Shown: piece by piece, positions 49,996 through 63,259 of the stretch
Layout of the letters: each line of letters opens with the position of its first letter
Numbering within the stretch: position 1 is the first letter of the stretch
From: Camelus dromedarius
Taxonomy: Eukaryota
Direction of reading: 5' to 3'
Assembly: GCF_036321535.1 (NCBI RefSeq)
Contig: NC_087437.1
Coordinates: forward strand, 105,836,001 to 105,900,000
DNA length: 64,000 nucleotides
The notes under the pieces: model-generated
What the model was told of the DNA's origin: nothing
Database searches by the model: none
What the model saw: only the letters and a program-made list of their open reading frames with translations
Translations under genes and position numbers: made by a program

Positions 49996-50544
49996 TGCTT
50001 CTTACAGGTTTTTGATAACACACCTGGAGAACTGGTATATCTGGTATGACTGCTAAAATACACCATATCCTACGTTCTATGGAATCATGGGTATTGCATT
50101 TTAATACATGTGAACTTATAAATGATTATGTAAATTGTCCATTTAGCCTTTTACTGATATAATAGAAAAATATATATATTAATATATATTTACTATGTAT
50201 TGACTGTAGAATTCTTGTAGAAACACAAAATCTCATTGCAATTTTAATGAGAGAGAAGCTATTGAGTCCAATTTTACAAAAGAAGAAGACTTTCCTGAGG
50301 TTCTACTCTTTGTTAATTTTCTGAGACTTGCCTCTGTTTCATGTAACTCAGTGTCTTGGTCTCACTTTTAAACACAGTGACTCTTTTTAAAATAAATATC
50401 ATGAAATAAATATCATAAGGTTTCTCAAGGAGGCTTTTTATTACATTTTGAAAGGATATGTTTCTTTCATGTAAAGATAGAATCGACATTTTAATATTCC
50501 AAGGAGAACTGCAGTCGATGTATGTATATTTACTCTGTACGCCC

Positions 50545-50712
50545 CTTTTTTAAAGTCATGTTTTTTGAGGTACAATTTAGATACTATAAACAGCACCTGG
50601 CCTTAAGGAGGAACAGCTGGGTGAATTTTGACAAATGTATATACCTATGTGATCACCATCATCAGGACATAGGACATGCCCATCCCGTCCAAAAGTCCCC
50701 ATGTACTCCTGC
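50545..50712 (-). mobile_element. L1MB/L1ME-type 3' terminus
   Basis: TTGAGGTACAATTTAGATAC...GAATTTTGACAAATGTATATACCTATGTGATCACCA. Confidence 0.75.
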
Positions 50713-52880
50713 TCCATTTTAATTTAATCAACAAATTTGTAGAAAACAGAGGAAGAAAAGAATGGGAGGAAACTTACTCATTGTGAAAGGAAGTTGAGTC
50801 AGCATACAATAACAAAATCATCTACAAAATTGTATCAAGCGTCCACTTTGAGCCATCCTCTGCAGCCAAAGAAAAAAGTAACAAGTGAGCATAAAGTTTA
50901 CCTGAGTACCTTAGCAGTCAAGGGAAAGAGGAAAATATCATTGTCTAACTGTAGAAAAGACACCAACTCCATGTGAAAAATAGCTTTTAAGCCCCTCCCC
51001 TTTTGTTTTCTGAGTGGCATTAGTCACAGGGAACAACGTAATAAATGATATGGTCAAGAGCAATTTTAATTTAAATTCAGGCATATGGCTTTTTCATAAA
51101 CAGGTTTTGTTAAAATACCAAATTTTAAGACACAATTTTGGGAACCGTGAAGCAGGAGCATAAAGGGAATGTCCAGTTATGCAGCCTAGCTATCAAGCTT
51201 CATGGGGATATGACTTAAGACAAGGAGAAAGCTTCATCTTTGGACCATTTCTTTTAAATGATGCATCACCCCAGTTGTCGGTGTAATAGAAGTGAGTCAC
51301 ACACAACTTAGGATCCAAGCTGCCAGGTGTGTGAACAGGACTTTCCCCGGCCTCTATGGAGGTGGGCAGTGGGAGTATCTGAAAGGAGAGACTTTTCTCA
51401 GAAAGCAGCTGTATATGTGCTCACACACGGAGCTGCTTCCCAGGATCAGAAACAACTTGCTGCCCTACAAAACTTAGAAGAGATGCTTCTGACCTTCACA
51501 AGACTGATGCCATTTTGAAGAGGAATAAATGTGTCTCTGTGAGCCCTGGAGTGGATGCCCACAAGTCAGTGGCAGATGTTTGGTTCATTAAAGGAGGCTG
51601 GATACCTCATGGTCAAATCCAATTGCTTTGGCTTCCAGGGCATCTGCATTATTAGCAGTAGCCATCCATGGCCAGACGGTCCCATGTGTTCATTAAGTCT
51701 GGGGCCATAACTAAACTGTGCTGTGGCTAAAAATGTCAGCCACTTTATATACTTCCTTATATCCTTGAAAAATTTTCCAGTTTACTCTGAGAAAACCTGG
51801 TTAGCTGTTAGAAAGATACTATCTGATTAATGACACCAGTGAACTACAACTAGTAGAATTTCTTTGAAAATAGCCACTGAACCTGATGCTGAGAGAAGCA
51901 TTCATGGATGGTAAAGGAGGGAACCACTTGTTCAAAAGCATCTATGTCTAAATACCTTGAAAAATATCTCTTGCAACCCCAGTGTTTGTCAGTCACCAGG
52001 AAAGAAATCAGACAACTTTTTTTTTAATTGGCTTACTGTTTTCATGTGTAATAAATGCAAACGTTAAAACTGGCACAAATAATTTCTCCAGTTATGGAGT
52101 CTTTTCAAGAAAAGAAGTAGCAAAATGGACAGTACCTCTGGCAATAATATTCTTTTCACTTTTCCAAGTTAGAATGTTTGCAAGAGAAATAATGTTTTGT
52201 GTTTCAACACTCATGTTCTTAAAGTTGGACTCTGATTAGATCAGAAAAGGAATCAGATTTGCAAGTTATTTCCAGTTCTGCAATCTGGTTGCTTAAGAGT
52301 CTATGAATAAACAAATTTGTGGCTCTACCTAAAACAGTAACTAAACCCTCGATATATTATGCTATTAAAACTGCAGTATGGTGGATAAACTCTCATCCTT
52401 AGAATCAGACATTGAAATTCATAATTAAATAATTTTCTCTAGTAGCAATATGGTTATAATTACAATCACATTAATAATACATGATTAACAGAAAAAGATT
52501 GTTCCCTAGCAGTGACCTCTACTTTGCGTTGGATGGAAATTTTTAGATCATTAAAATAATCCATTATTTAGATGAATAACATCAGAAATTCAAATTGTAG
52601 AAAAATATTGTACTTTAAACTATCCATTTTTCCAACAACTAGAGGTTAGTAAATTTTGATATATCTATTGTACAACATTATAAAATTAAAAATTACTGTC
52701 ACAATATACACAAGTATTGAGTGACTTGATCAGTTTATTCTTTCTTTTTAAATTAAAAAAAATTCAAACCTCAGCTAAATAACAGCTAATTCTGGGGAAA
52801 CTGATATTTTTCTTTTCTTTTTTCTTTATGTTCAAACTCTACTAAACTAAAGATGTATTATTAATATAGTCAAAATTCTC

Positions 52881-52985
52881 AAATATACATATATGTAAGA
52901 CTGGGACATTGTGCTGTATACCAGAAATTGACACATTGTAATTGACTGTGCTTCAACAGCAAAAAAAAAATAAAAATAAAAATAA
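52881..52985 (+). mobile_element. very short lineage-specific L1 3' end
   Basis: GACTGGGACATTGTGCTGTATACCAGAAATTGACACATTGTAATTGACTG followed by an A-rich tail; related to the elements at 49839 and 61027. Confidence 0.85.
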
Positions 52986-55900
52986 TTCAACCTATCAGTA
53001 TAAAGTCAAAGTTAAACACTGTATTTTGTAAATACAGGTTTATTCCAGCTTCCAAATTATTCATCATATATTTCCTTTCAGAAATGGTCCCTACATCTTT
53101 TAACATGGAGATTACAATTTATCCACGACTGAACATCCCGGGTCATGAAGAAGGGTGCCCAGCTCAGGAGCACACAGCTGCATAAATCTAGTGTGTCCTC
53201 TGCTTAAAATCTTGTGCAACCACAGAACTGCATCTACTCGAAGGGAGGTATGTGTGTTTGGGTAGGGAGAGGAGAGTTCTAATTTGCTCAAAGAAGCAAC
53301 ACATGTTAGCAGGGGTCTTAAGAACAAATGAGTTTTCTGCATGAAGTGATATTTTCTTTCTCAGCAACTTAAAACAATTTCTGAAATTTAGAAGCCCTTT
53401 CTGGACCAGAATTTCTCATTCTGGGAGTCAGGAGGAAGACTACAAGTGAAGAAAGTGGCTGTGGATATGAGTTTCAGGTTATTTGGCCACTGGATACGAT
53501 GCTTGGTGTGTATGACTGAAGGCATCAGATGGAGCAAAGAAATATATTTTTGAGTGACTTAGCCCACTTCACAGTCAAGATTAACCTGTGTGTTTTACTG
53601 GCAGAACCAAACTTGAGGAGACAGAGAGGGGAACTCCAACAAAATAGGACAATCGGGAATGGGAGACATCAGCAAAGATGTAAAAGAAACAGTCACCTAA
53701 AATCATACATGTGTATAAAGCCTTAAAAAGTAGTTTTAATTAAACTTTGTGTTTACATAAAGATGATGGAAGGAATAAATCTCTTTTGAAAGAACCCTAC
53801 CTGCCATGTTGAAAAATGTTTCTTCATATTGGCTAGCTTAAAGTATAGAAAATAATACATTCATTTGATGGCATATTTCAGAATATTTACCTTTTCCAGA
53901 TAATGACAGCAAATATTCAGAAAGAACATTGTAAAATCCATTAGACAAAATCTGAAATATAGAGGAGAATTTTTAGAAATGAATAAAGTCAAACCATTTT
54001 TTCCTTCCTGGAACACTTCAGCTGACTTTGGGAAGATGTAGCTTCATAATTCATGTAAAAATTGTTATGAAATATTTGCCTTTATTCCCCAATGTGAAAA
54101 ATAGAGAGATTGCCAAAGGTTATCTATTTGTTTTAACATATTTTCTGGAAAAATCTTTTTTAAAAAAAAACGACATTGAATATAATGTACAGAATGTAAG
54201 GAAACTGTCAAACCACAGCCATGGATTTGATGAAAACTGTTTATAATGAGAATTATGTTAAAATATCTCCTTTATGTAAACTCTTACTGCTCTAACCTAA
54301 GTCATTTCTATGCTTATCACAAGAATCCTTCCTTAATATTTTCAACCACAGCTTGATTGAAATTCTGAGACAGCAAGCAGGTAGCAAGATGCTTATTTCC
54401 AATTTGTCGACCTTATCCGGTTTCTTTTCAGAACTCTCAGTTATTACGGGCATCACACAAGATGTCAGATGCCGCCAACTAGCACATTGTACTCTTCACT
54501 TACTAAGGCACCATCTTTACAGTAGATATAAATAAAAATTGATTAGAAAGTGTTTTATTTACCATCTGGAACTTCCTATCTGTCTTCAATGAATAACCTT
54601 CATTGCTTGCAAACTGTAACACTCTGGCATTCTATGATAATATTCAAAAGGCAAACTCTAGTTACATTTTTCCTTCAACTGCATAAACCTCTTCCAGTTT
54701 TTATTTCAATTGGCTCGTAAAGTGTCTAAAAAGTGAAAACATTGAAATGAGGTTGAACAAGTTAATGGTAAGTTAATGCACTCTCTCCTCTATTGGGCAA
54801 ATTTGCAGTGCTGTGGAACATTGAGAACTCTCTTTTGGATAACATTTGGCATTTTATGTGCAGATGAATCAACAGCTTCAGTGAACTTTTGCCTAACCTA
54901 TGCCTTAATATACGAAATAAGCAATGAAATTTTTCCGACCACTTAAACAATCTGTATGCGGGGAAAAGAGCAATTTACTTCATATGGAACACCGTTTCTA
55001 CTCACGGCACTCAGGGTGTTCCTTCTCAGGGGTGAGCAAAGAAACACTCATTTTGATTTTAAGTGAAAGTATTTAATGCATTCAGTTAGTTCTTCATATG
55101 AAAAGTGACTGCAAGACTCCAAGCAAACAAATGACTATAGTTTTCCCGTCACAATTAATGGATAACACGTTCTGATCTTGCAATATTTCCCATTCATCCT
55201 CATTCATTCTACCTGTGTCAAAAGACAAGAATCATTTTTCAATTTTTAAAAAGTTGAAATCCATTGAAACAATAAGAAAACTTGCTGTTATTTCAGGATA
55301 ATTCATTTGTCATCAAGATTTATTTTTCTTCTGGTTTATAGATCTTCATCCTGGATCATCTTCTCTCTAGGGATTGGGGATCAATTTGAAATTATATTTC
55401 TAAGGCACGTAACTTTATAATTTTCTGCATTAATTCTGTACTTCAAGACTTAGACTTTAAAGGCAATCTTTTAAGTCAGCTTGAAACTGTAATGAAATAG
55501 TATATGTGGTATAGAGGAAAGAGAAACCAGGAAGTGTCTCTTTTCAATAAAAGGTTAAAAGAAAAATAAAAGAAGGCAGAGAGAGAGGCAGGTATCATTC
55601 TTTCAATTCCATCCTTAGTAATAATGCTGTTCCAGTCAGGGATTCCATTTCCATAAGTTCTTTGAAAGCCCTAATGCACATTCCCAATTCTTCTGTCTTT
55701 TTGGCTGCATTCCTGCCTCACAACATGTTTCATTCTCCCTTCATCACTGTAATGACCCTGTTTTTATCACCATTCCTGCTCTTTTCCCCCATTTGTGCTT
55801 CATAAACTCTCCCAGATAGAAAACAGTATAGAAATCCTGCACATGTCACCTTGAATTTTTGACTGTCTTACCGAACTATATCACCATTGAATTAGAGACA

Positions 55901-57509
55901 GGGAAGACAAATAGAAAATAGTAACAAATATTTAACCAAGTTCAGGAAAGTCAATGGGAGAAAATTTCCTGATCTCAAAGCAAACCAAAGAGAGTGCTAT
56001 TTTCCCAAATTCAAGCTAACACACAAAGCTTGAAAAATAATCAAAAATTACATACTCCTAAATTGATGATATCATTCATATTTGTTGGGTCATGTGGATT
56101 CTGTGAGTACTTCCCTATGTTTACTGTTGGCTTGATTTTCCTCAACATTAATAGTGATAAAATTTAGAAGTTCATACCAAGTAACAACAGTGAACTAAGT
56201 TAAGAGCAAAATAGCATCACTTGGAATTACTAGCTAAAGGAGAGGCAGTTACCAGTGGAAAGTTCCATGGACAGCGAGGATTTGTCAGAAAGAAATGGAT
56301 CCGGATGTTCCAGCTAAAAATGCTCAAATTAAAATTCAGGCTAAGAGTTGGCAGCAGCTCCAACTAAAACCAAACCCCACATGAGAGTGAAGCTCAGTAA
56401 TAGGGAAGCTGGAGGATTCTGTATTTGAAGCAAAAGACAAGCAGATAGGAAGACTTTGAGATGGATTTTATTTTCTAGAAGAAAGGTGAGACCAAGTAAG
56501 GCAGAATTCTAGTGTTCTGAGAGGATCCAGAAATATATATGTATAAACATATATAGACTGAAATTGAAATTAGGTATGATGACCTCTTTTAATGTCTGAC
56601 TGCATGATCAAACTCTTCACAATCTAATTAGAGAGGGGGAGACAGGAGATAGCAACGAAATATTCAAAAGTGATAAGCCAAAGTTATGTGAGTAACAGTC
56701 CCTGCACATTAGAACCAGGACACGTAATAAATAGGGATAAATACTAACAGTATAGGAAAAATGCAGAAAGGAGTGCTGAGAGTGAGCTTTAATTGTAGAG
56801 GGAATACAGGAACACCAAGTCTTAAATCAGGGATGATTGCTACTATAGTCTATTCAGGGAAGTGTCTAATACTAAACTCCCCTCACCATTGAGTCAGAGG
56901 TCAATGATTCCATACGAACTCCTGCCTAGAATGGTCTGGGTCCTGAGTGGACAAAGCTTAACAGAGATCACTGGGCACTTTTATTCTTTGACTCCCAACC
57001 ATCCTTTTTCCTAAGTGAATAAATTAATATGCAGAAGATCCTTGAATTAAGGACTTGATCCAGACTTACATCATCCATAAGTCAAGATAAAAGGCTAAAA
57101 TTTTATTTGTGCCTCCTAGTCTCTTCCTGGCAGTTTTGTGGATGCCTGAAGATTGTGACTATTCAATGTCTTACTTTTCCACAAAGGAATGAATCAAAGA
57201 TGGAAACACAAAACGTAGCAAGATCCTTGCTTCCAAAGTCATCGTGTCTTGCTACCACCTACTTCTCATAATTGGTAAAGCCTTAATAAAAATATGGAAA
57301 CCACCTTCTGTATTGGAGAAAAAGAACAACATTTCTCAGAGAAGAATGACAAATACAAGATTCGATTTCCTAAGCTGTAATTCCAACAGGATATTTTAAA
57401 ATATTAGACAATTTCCATCACGTCAAGATCTAGGTTCTTCTAAAACACTGCACATTTTTTGATAAAAATCAATTATTCAGTGTAAAGAAGATTTCCCACA
57501 ATATGCAAA

Positions 57510-57960
57510 ACCAGGTTCATTTTTGTGCAAATGATAGAAACCCTGACTGAAACCGTCTTAAGCAAAAAAGTAGTTTATTAGTTTGAGTTACTGTCTGAAT
57601 ACCAACAATATAATCGGGATCTGATTTCTTACCGTTTCTTGGGCAATGACAGCTTTACTCCTCAATCTCTGCTACATCCTTCCCTTGTGGTTACAGAGTG
57701 GCAGCCAACCAACTGTCATCCAACAGATAAGAAGGAAGTTTCTTGCTAAGAGTTCCTACGTAGGTCATAGGATTCACACTTAAAGCTTAATTTTGGTTAT
57801 ACACTCACTTCTAAACAAAATGACTTTGGCCTCAGTTGCTTTTGCAAACTTTGGAGATGAGAGTAGAACCCCAGTTCGACTACATAGAATGACAGACAGG
57901 GTGATCCCCAAACCTAATTTTAGGGGTTGTTACGGTAACAACAAAAAAAGATGCCATTTG
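57510..57960 (-). mobile_element. old MLT1 (K/J-type) MaLR LTR
   Basis: GTGCAAATGATAGAAACCCTGACTGAAACCGTCTTAAGCAAAAAAG...TTTATT...GTGGTTACAGAGTGGCAGCCA. Confidence 0.65.
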
Positions 57961-59029
57961 TTTACAATCATTAAATGAGGGCAAAGCCAGAGAGGGAAAT
58001 AAAATCCTTAGTTCTAACCACATAAAAATTGCCAACGTTTTAAAAAACTTTTATCTGACCTTTTCATATTAGTGATCAAAGATGAACTCCAATATCAACT
58101 AAAATAAATACTTTACTTTCACTTTGAAATGATTTTCAAAATTCTTAAATATCAGATTGTAACTTTTAACAAGTGCACAAAGATTTACCCATGTTTTGCC
58201 GCTTTCATACTGTATGTTTAATGTAGTATGTGCTTGAGGGATCAGTAGGGAACATCGTTAATTTGTTGCTTCCATCTTCCTCTTCTTTACCAGCATGTGC
58301 ATTCATGCTAATGTGCATTCATGCCCGTGTGCATCCATGCCAGTATTCTGTATTCAAACATGGCGAGGAAAATCAGAGAGAAAGAAGCCACTATGGCATA
58401 TCATTCATTTGAGCACCTAAAACTAGGTTGAACCTAGGTTCATCCTCCAGGTACGCAGGAAACATTTACCTGCATTTCCATCACAGTGAAAGTTATTTGT
58501 GTCTTTTGGAAATAGGCTGACTTGGCTGCTTAGGAATGACTACAATTAAGCAGCAATGACTCTAGTTTAGGATAATTTTCAAGCCAGCTATCTACATAGA
58601 ACAACTCGCCAATCTCTATATTAGCAAAACACCAGTCCTGTACTTTCTCTTATTATAACCTGTTTTCTTTCCTGGTTATATTCCTGGACTGTATGAGCCA
58701 GAAGAAGGAACTTCCCACTTGCCTCTGAATGCTAAAGATGGCCTACTCTCCGATGTCATATTTTTCAGAGGATGCAAACAATAACTTAACATTTTTTTCC
58801 CAATAGCACCAACCTGATTTATCCTGGGAGAAGAAACATCGAAGTATGCAATGACACTGGATCATTTGAGGAACACTCTTTAACAGCTATGCCTGGAAGT
58901 CCCCCCTACTGCTTTCTTTAGATGTTCTGATTAGACCTTTAAAATAGCAAATAAATTGACAACGTGGAAAAATATAAGAAATTGAATATCATTAACTCAT
59001 TCAGTATGTGGAGTGAACTTTATACAGAT

Positions 59030-59280
59030 AGATATGTGTATACATATATATAGACACAGACACACGCATACAGCACACACACTGAATTTCATTTTTTTCC
59101 ATGTTCACTGCAGTACAGTATATAGAAATAAAGATTTTTTAAAGTAACTGAAAATATCCAACCCAAAATATTAAAATTCTTCAGATTAAAAAATAATAAT
59201 ATAAACATTTGTAGACAAATATATACACTATACATACATATATATATATACATACATATATATATATATATAACTACATA
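59030..59280. repeat. TA/TACA/CA microsatellite-rich region
   Basis: Includes TACATACATATATATATATACATACATATATATATATATA at about 59231-59272. Confidence 0.75.
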
Positions 59281-59569
59281 CTAAATTTATTTTATGTTAT
59301 GTGCATGGAAATATATAAAATTCCTAGTAAATCTATTATAGGTTTGCTTGGCATTCTGGTCCATTTTTATTTGTTTTACATCAAAATGGCTACTCCAGCC
59401 AATCAAAAAATGCTCCAAACTAGACTGTTTTTGATGCCCACATTAATTTATCCATTTATTCCAGCTAGATATGTCCTGTCTAAATATACTTACTTTTTAT
59501 AGGAAGTATGCTCTAATTTAAAATGTTTTCACGCCACACAGCTAAGGGCCACTTACATTCATTACTTCC

Positions 59570-61805
59570 ATTTTTAACAACTTTATTAAGATATAATTCA
59601 CCTGCCACAGAAGTCACCCATTGAAAGTGTATAATTCAGTGTTTCTTACTGTTTTTTCATAGTTCTACAACCATCACCATAATTACAATCAATTTTCTCC
59701 CCATACCCTTCCTTTCCTTTAATCCCCATTAGCCCTCAACAACCACTAGTCTACATTCTGCCTCTATAAATTTGCTTCCTCTGAATACTACATATAAATA
59801 GAATCATACAATATGTGGATTTTGTGATTAGTTTCTTTCATTTAACATGTTTTCAAGGTTCAGCAATGTTGTAGGATGCATGGGTCCTTCCTTTCTTTTC
59901 ACTGTTAAATAATACTCCATTGTATAGATATGCCTCATTTTCTTAATGTATTGATCATAGACATTTGAGTTGTCATTTCCAATTTTTGGCCATTATAAAT
60001 AATGTTGCTATGAACATTCAGGTACAAGTTTTTGTATATGTGTTTACTTTTATTTCTCTTGGTATATACCTAGGAGTGGAATTGCTGGTTCATAAGGTAA
60101 CTCCATGTTTAACATTTTGAGGAACTTGTAAACTGTTTTCCAAAGAGGCTGAACCATTTTACATTCTTACCAGCAGTGTCTGTGAATTATGATTTCCCCA
60201 CATTCTCAACAACGTGTGTCATCTGTCATTTTTATTACAGCCATCCTGCTTGGTGTGAAGTAGTATCTTACTGTGCTTTTTATTTGCATTTCTCTGGTGG
60301 CTAAAGATGTTGGGCATCTTTTCCAATAGAAATATCTATTCATATCCTTTGTCCGTTTTTAATTGTGTGATTGGCTTTTATTGCTGCTTTGTAAGCGTTC
60401 TTTACATAATCTAGATATAAGTCCTCCATCAGATATGTGATTTGCAAATATTTTCTCTCATTCCATGGCCTTTCTTTTTAATCTCTTGATAGTATCCTTT
60501 GAAGTACAACATTTTTAATTTTTTTAAAATCCAACTTATTTTTCTTTTCTTTTATTGTTTATGCTTTTGATGTGATACTTAAGAAACCATTAACTAATTC
60601 AAAATCACAAAGATTTATGCCTATGTTTTCTTTCCATACCAAAGTTCCATATTATAGTTTTAGTTCTTACATGTAGGTCTTTGATCCATTTATATTTAAT
60701 TTTTGTATTTGTTATCAGGTAGGGGTCCAACTTGATTATTTTGCATGTGTATATCCAGTTGTCTCAGGACTACTTGTTGAAAAACTAATCTTTCCCCCAT
60801 TGACATTGTTGTCAAAAATCAGTTGGCCATAAATGTCAGGGTTTATTCTGGACTTGCAACTCTGTTCTAATGTCCTATGTCTGTCCCTATGCCAGTATCA
60901 TACTATCTTGATAGCTATACCATAGCTTTGTAGTAAGTTTTAAAGTTTGAAAGTGTGAGAGTCTCTAACTTTGTTCTTTTTGTTTCAAGATCATTTTGGC
61001 TATTCTAGCTTCTTTGAATCTCCATATTTTTTTTTTATTGAAGTATTGTCAGTTTACAATGTTATGTCAGTTTCTGGTGTATAACATTATAGTTCAGTCA
61101 TACATGAACATACATATATTCATTTTTACATTCTTTTTCATTATAGGTTACTACAAAGTATTGAATATAGTTTCTTGTTTTACCCAGGATAAATTTTTAA
61201 GAGCAGTTTGTCATTTTCTGCAAAGTAGCTAGCTGTGATTTTGATAAGGATTACTTTGAATCTATAGATCAACTTGGGAATATTGCCATCTTAACAATAT
61301 TAAGTCTTCCAATCCATGAACGTAGAATGCTTTTCTATTTATTAAGTGTTCTATATTTTCTTTTAACTCCGTTATGTAGTTTTCAGTGCATAAGTTTTGT
61401 ACTTCTTTAATATTGTTTAATTTCTATGTGTATACTGTTATTTTTGGTGCTATTATAAATATAATGGTTTTCTTCATTTCATTTTTGGAGTCTTTTTTGT
61501 AAGTACATAGAAATGCAATTTTTTTTGTATATGATCTTGAATCCTGCAAATTTGCTGGACTTCCAGATTTCATTAATTCTAGTAGATTTTTTTTTTTTTT
61601 AGTAAATTTCTTAGGATTTTCTGTAATAAGGTCATGTCATTTATTGCCTAATTGTCTTACCTAGAACCCCTAATATACTGTTGACTAGAAGAGGTGAGAA
61701 GGAACATTCTTGTCTAGGAAAAAGTGTTCAGTCTTTCACCATTCAATGCAATGTCACCTGTAGGACTTCTGTAGATGTCCTCTATCAAGTTAAGGAAACT
61801 CCTTA
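59570..61805 (-). mobile_element. L1MB-type LINE-1, about 2.2 kb of 3' UTR and ORF2 end, decayed
   Basis: CTTTATTAAGATATAATTCAC start, TATACCTAGGAGTGGAATTGCTGG, GATTTGCAAATATTTTCTC, TAGCTTTGTAGTAAGTTTT, TTCAGTCTTTCACCATT; interrupted by a younger L1 at about 61027-61188. Confidence 0.92.
61027..61188 (-). mobile_element. lineage-specific L1 3' end nested in L1MB
   Basis: T10-ATTGAAGTATTGTCAGTTTACAATGTTATGTCAGTTTCTGGTGTA...ATAGGTTACTACAAAGTATTGAATATAGTT; the host L1 resumes at ATAAATTTTTAAGAGCAG. Confidence 0.85.
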
Positions 61806-63012
61806 ATTCTTAATGAAAGTATAACATATGCTAAGAGATGAGGATCCAGCTCATGGCTCTTTAGCTCAAATGACAGAATAAGTGAACCAGTATCTTCCAA
61901 ATTGATTAAAATTGAGATTCCTTTCACATATACTCAGTGAAATCTCACACTAATTGTGTATCATTACCTCTTAACAGACAAACAAACAATCCTCAGGAAT
62001 TTTGTGGTCACTTGCCCCAAATCATGAATACGGTAGCAATGCCAGATTTTGACCCAGAGGTACTCAGGGTCCAGGAAAAGCACAGACTACTATAAAATAG
62101 TGATTATCAGGCTTGGTTAAAAATGCTTTTCATGAAAAAAGATGAAAAGATTCTTCCTATTGAACCAGACAATTTACAGACAATTGTTTCCCTTTGCTGT
62201 TGTTCTTTCATGAACTGTTTTCCTGAACTTTTTTCCACTAAAGTACAACTTTATTAAGATCCAGTTTTAACTTATACTACGTTCATGGTATAGATATGCA
62301 AGATTTTTAATTAGCTGCTTCTGGTTTTTCATCTCCAAACAAACAATATTCAGTAGTGGGTTTAATACCAAAAAAGGCATTTTCTACAAAAGAAAATTTA
62401 CTTACAGTGTACACTCTTTTACAGGTTTTATCTTCTCTAGTTAGAAGATTGAATTAATCTTAGGAGTTCTGACAATTTCTAAGCATTGTTTACACACATA
62501 TGCATCTAGTTATTTGAAAATGGCCTTGTTGCATTCAGGTACACTTTCAGACAGAAGACTCCGCTGAAACTCATTTTGGGGGAAAAATGAGTTTTTTCCT
62601 ATTAAAAGAATAATTTTAAGTCAGTACATGTATGGCCATGCTAATATGTGTATCTTTAAAAGGTAGGAGAAGGTAATTTGAGGCCAGAGCTGATGAATCA
62701 CAGGGTTGTCTGTCTGATAGGGTAAATGGAATTTTTTCAAAATGGTATTTGGGAAAGAAGCAAAATATTTGGAATTCAGCACTGTCCAAAGGTAAATATT
62801 CTCTTAAGGAAAAACTGCAAACAGAAGGAAGGTAAGCTAATCTGTTTATGCCCCTTTTTAGCTGCCAGCTTATTATGCTGCAGGACAAAAATCATGTGGA
62901 GATTTCTGTCTGGCAAACACACACACTCTGTATTTGGCAGTGTGTCCCTTGCCAGGAGTTTTCCAAGCAGAATTCTGATGTTATGAGGCTTCCTTATTAC
63001 TATATAATACAT

Positions 63013-63075
63013 GGGGGGGGGGGGGGTGGAGAAGAAGGGGGGGAGGGGGAGGAGAATGAAGAAAGAAAGAAAAAT
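63013..63075 (+). repeat. G14/G7/G5 runs within a polypurine tract
   Basis: Read directly from the sequence. Confidence 0.9.
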
Positions 63076-63259
63076 TATATGACCAGGTATCATCACTACA
63101 CTGAATGAGACTTGGGCTCCCCAATATCTGATAAGACCAGCAATATATCTCAGAATTTATCTCTTTACAGTTTCAATTTCTATTGAATAATTAGCAGAAT
63201 ATTGGATTCACTTAAAACATACATTTCAGAAAACAAACTTTGACTTGTGTTCTTGAAAT

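Noticed and set aside
58423..58442. Overlapping short palindromes CTAGGTTGAACCTAG and TGAACCTAGGTTCA
   Set aside because: Arms of 7 bp are expected by chance in 64 kb.
59570..61805. Possible functional L1 ORF2
   Set aside because: No long minus-strand ORF; the element is 5' truncated and interrupted.
62910..62955. Hairpin CTGGCAA..ACACACT..AGTGTGT..TTGCCAG, pre-miRNA-like
   Set aside because: The stem is too short and interrupted, and it depends on CA/TG repeats.
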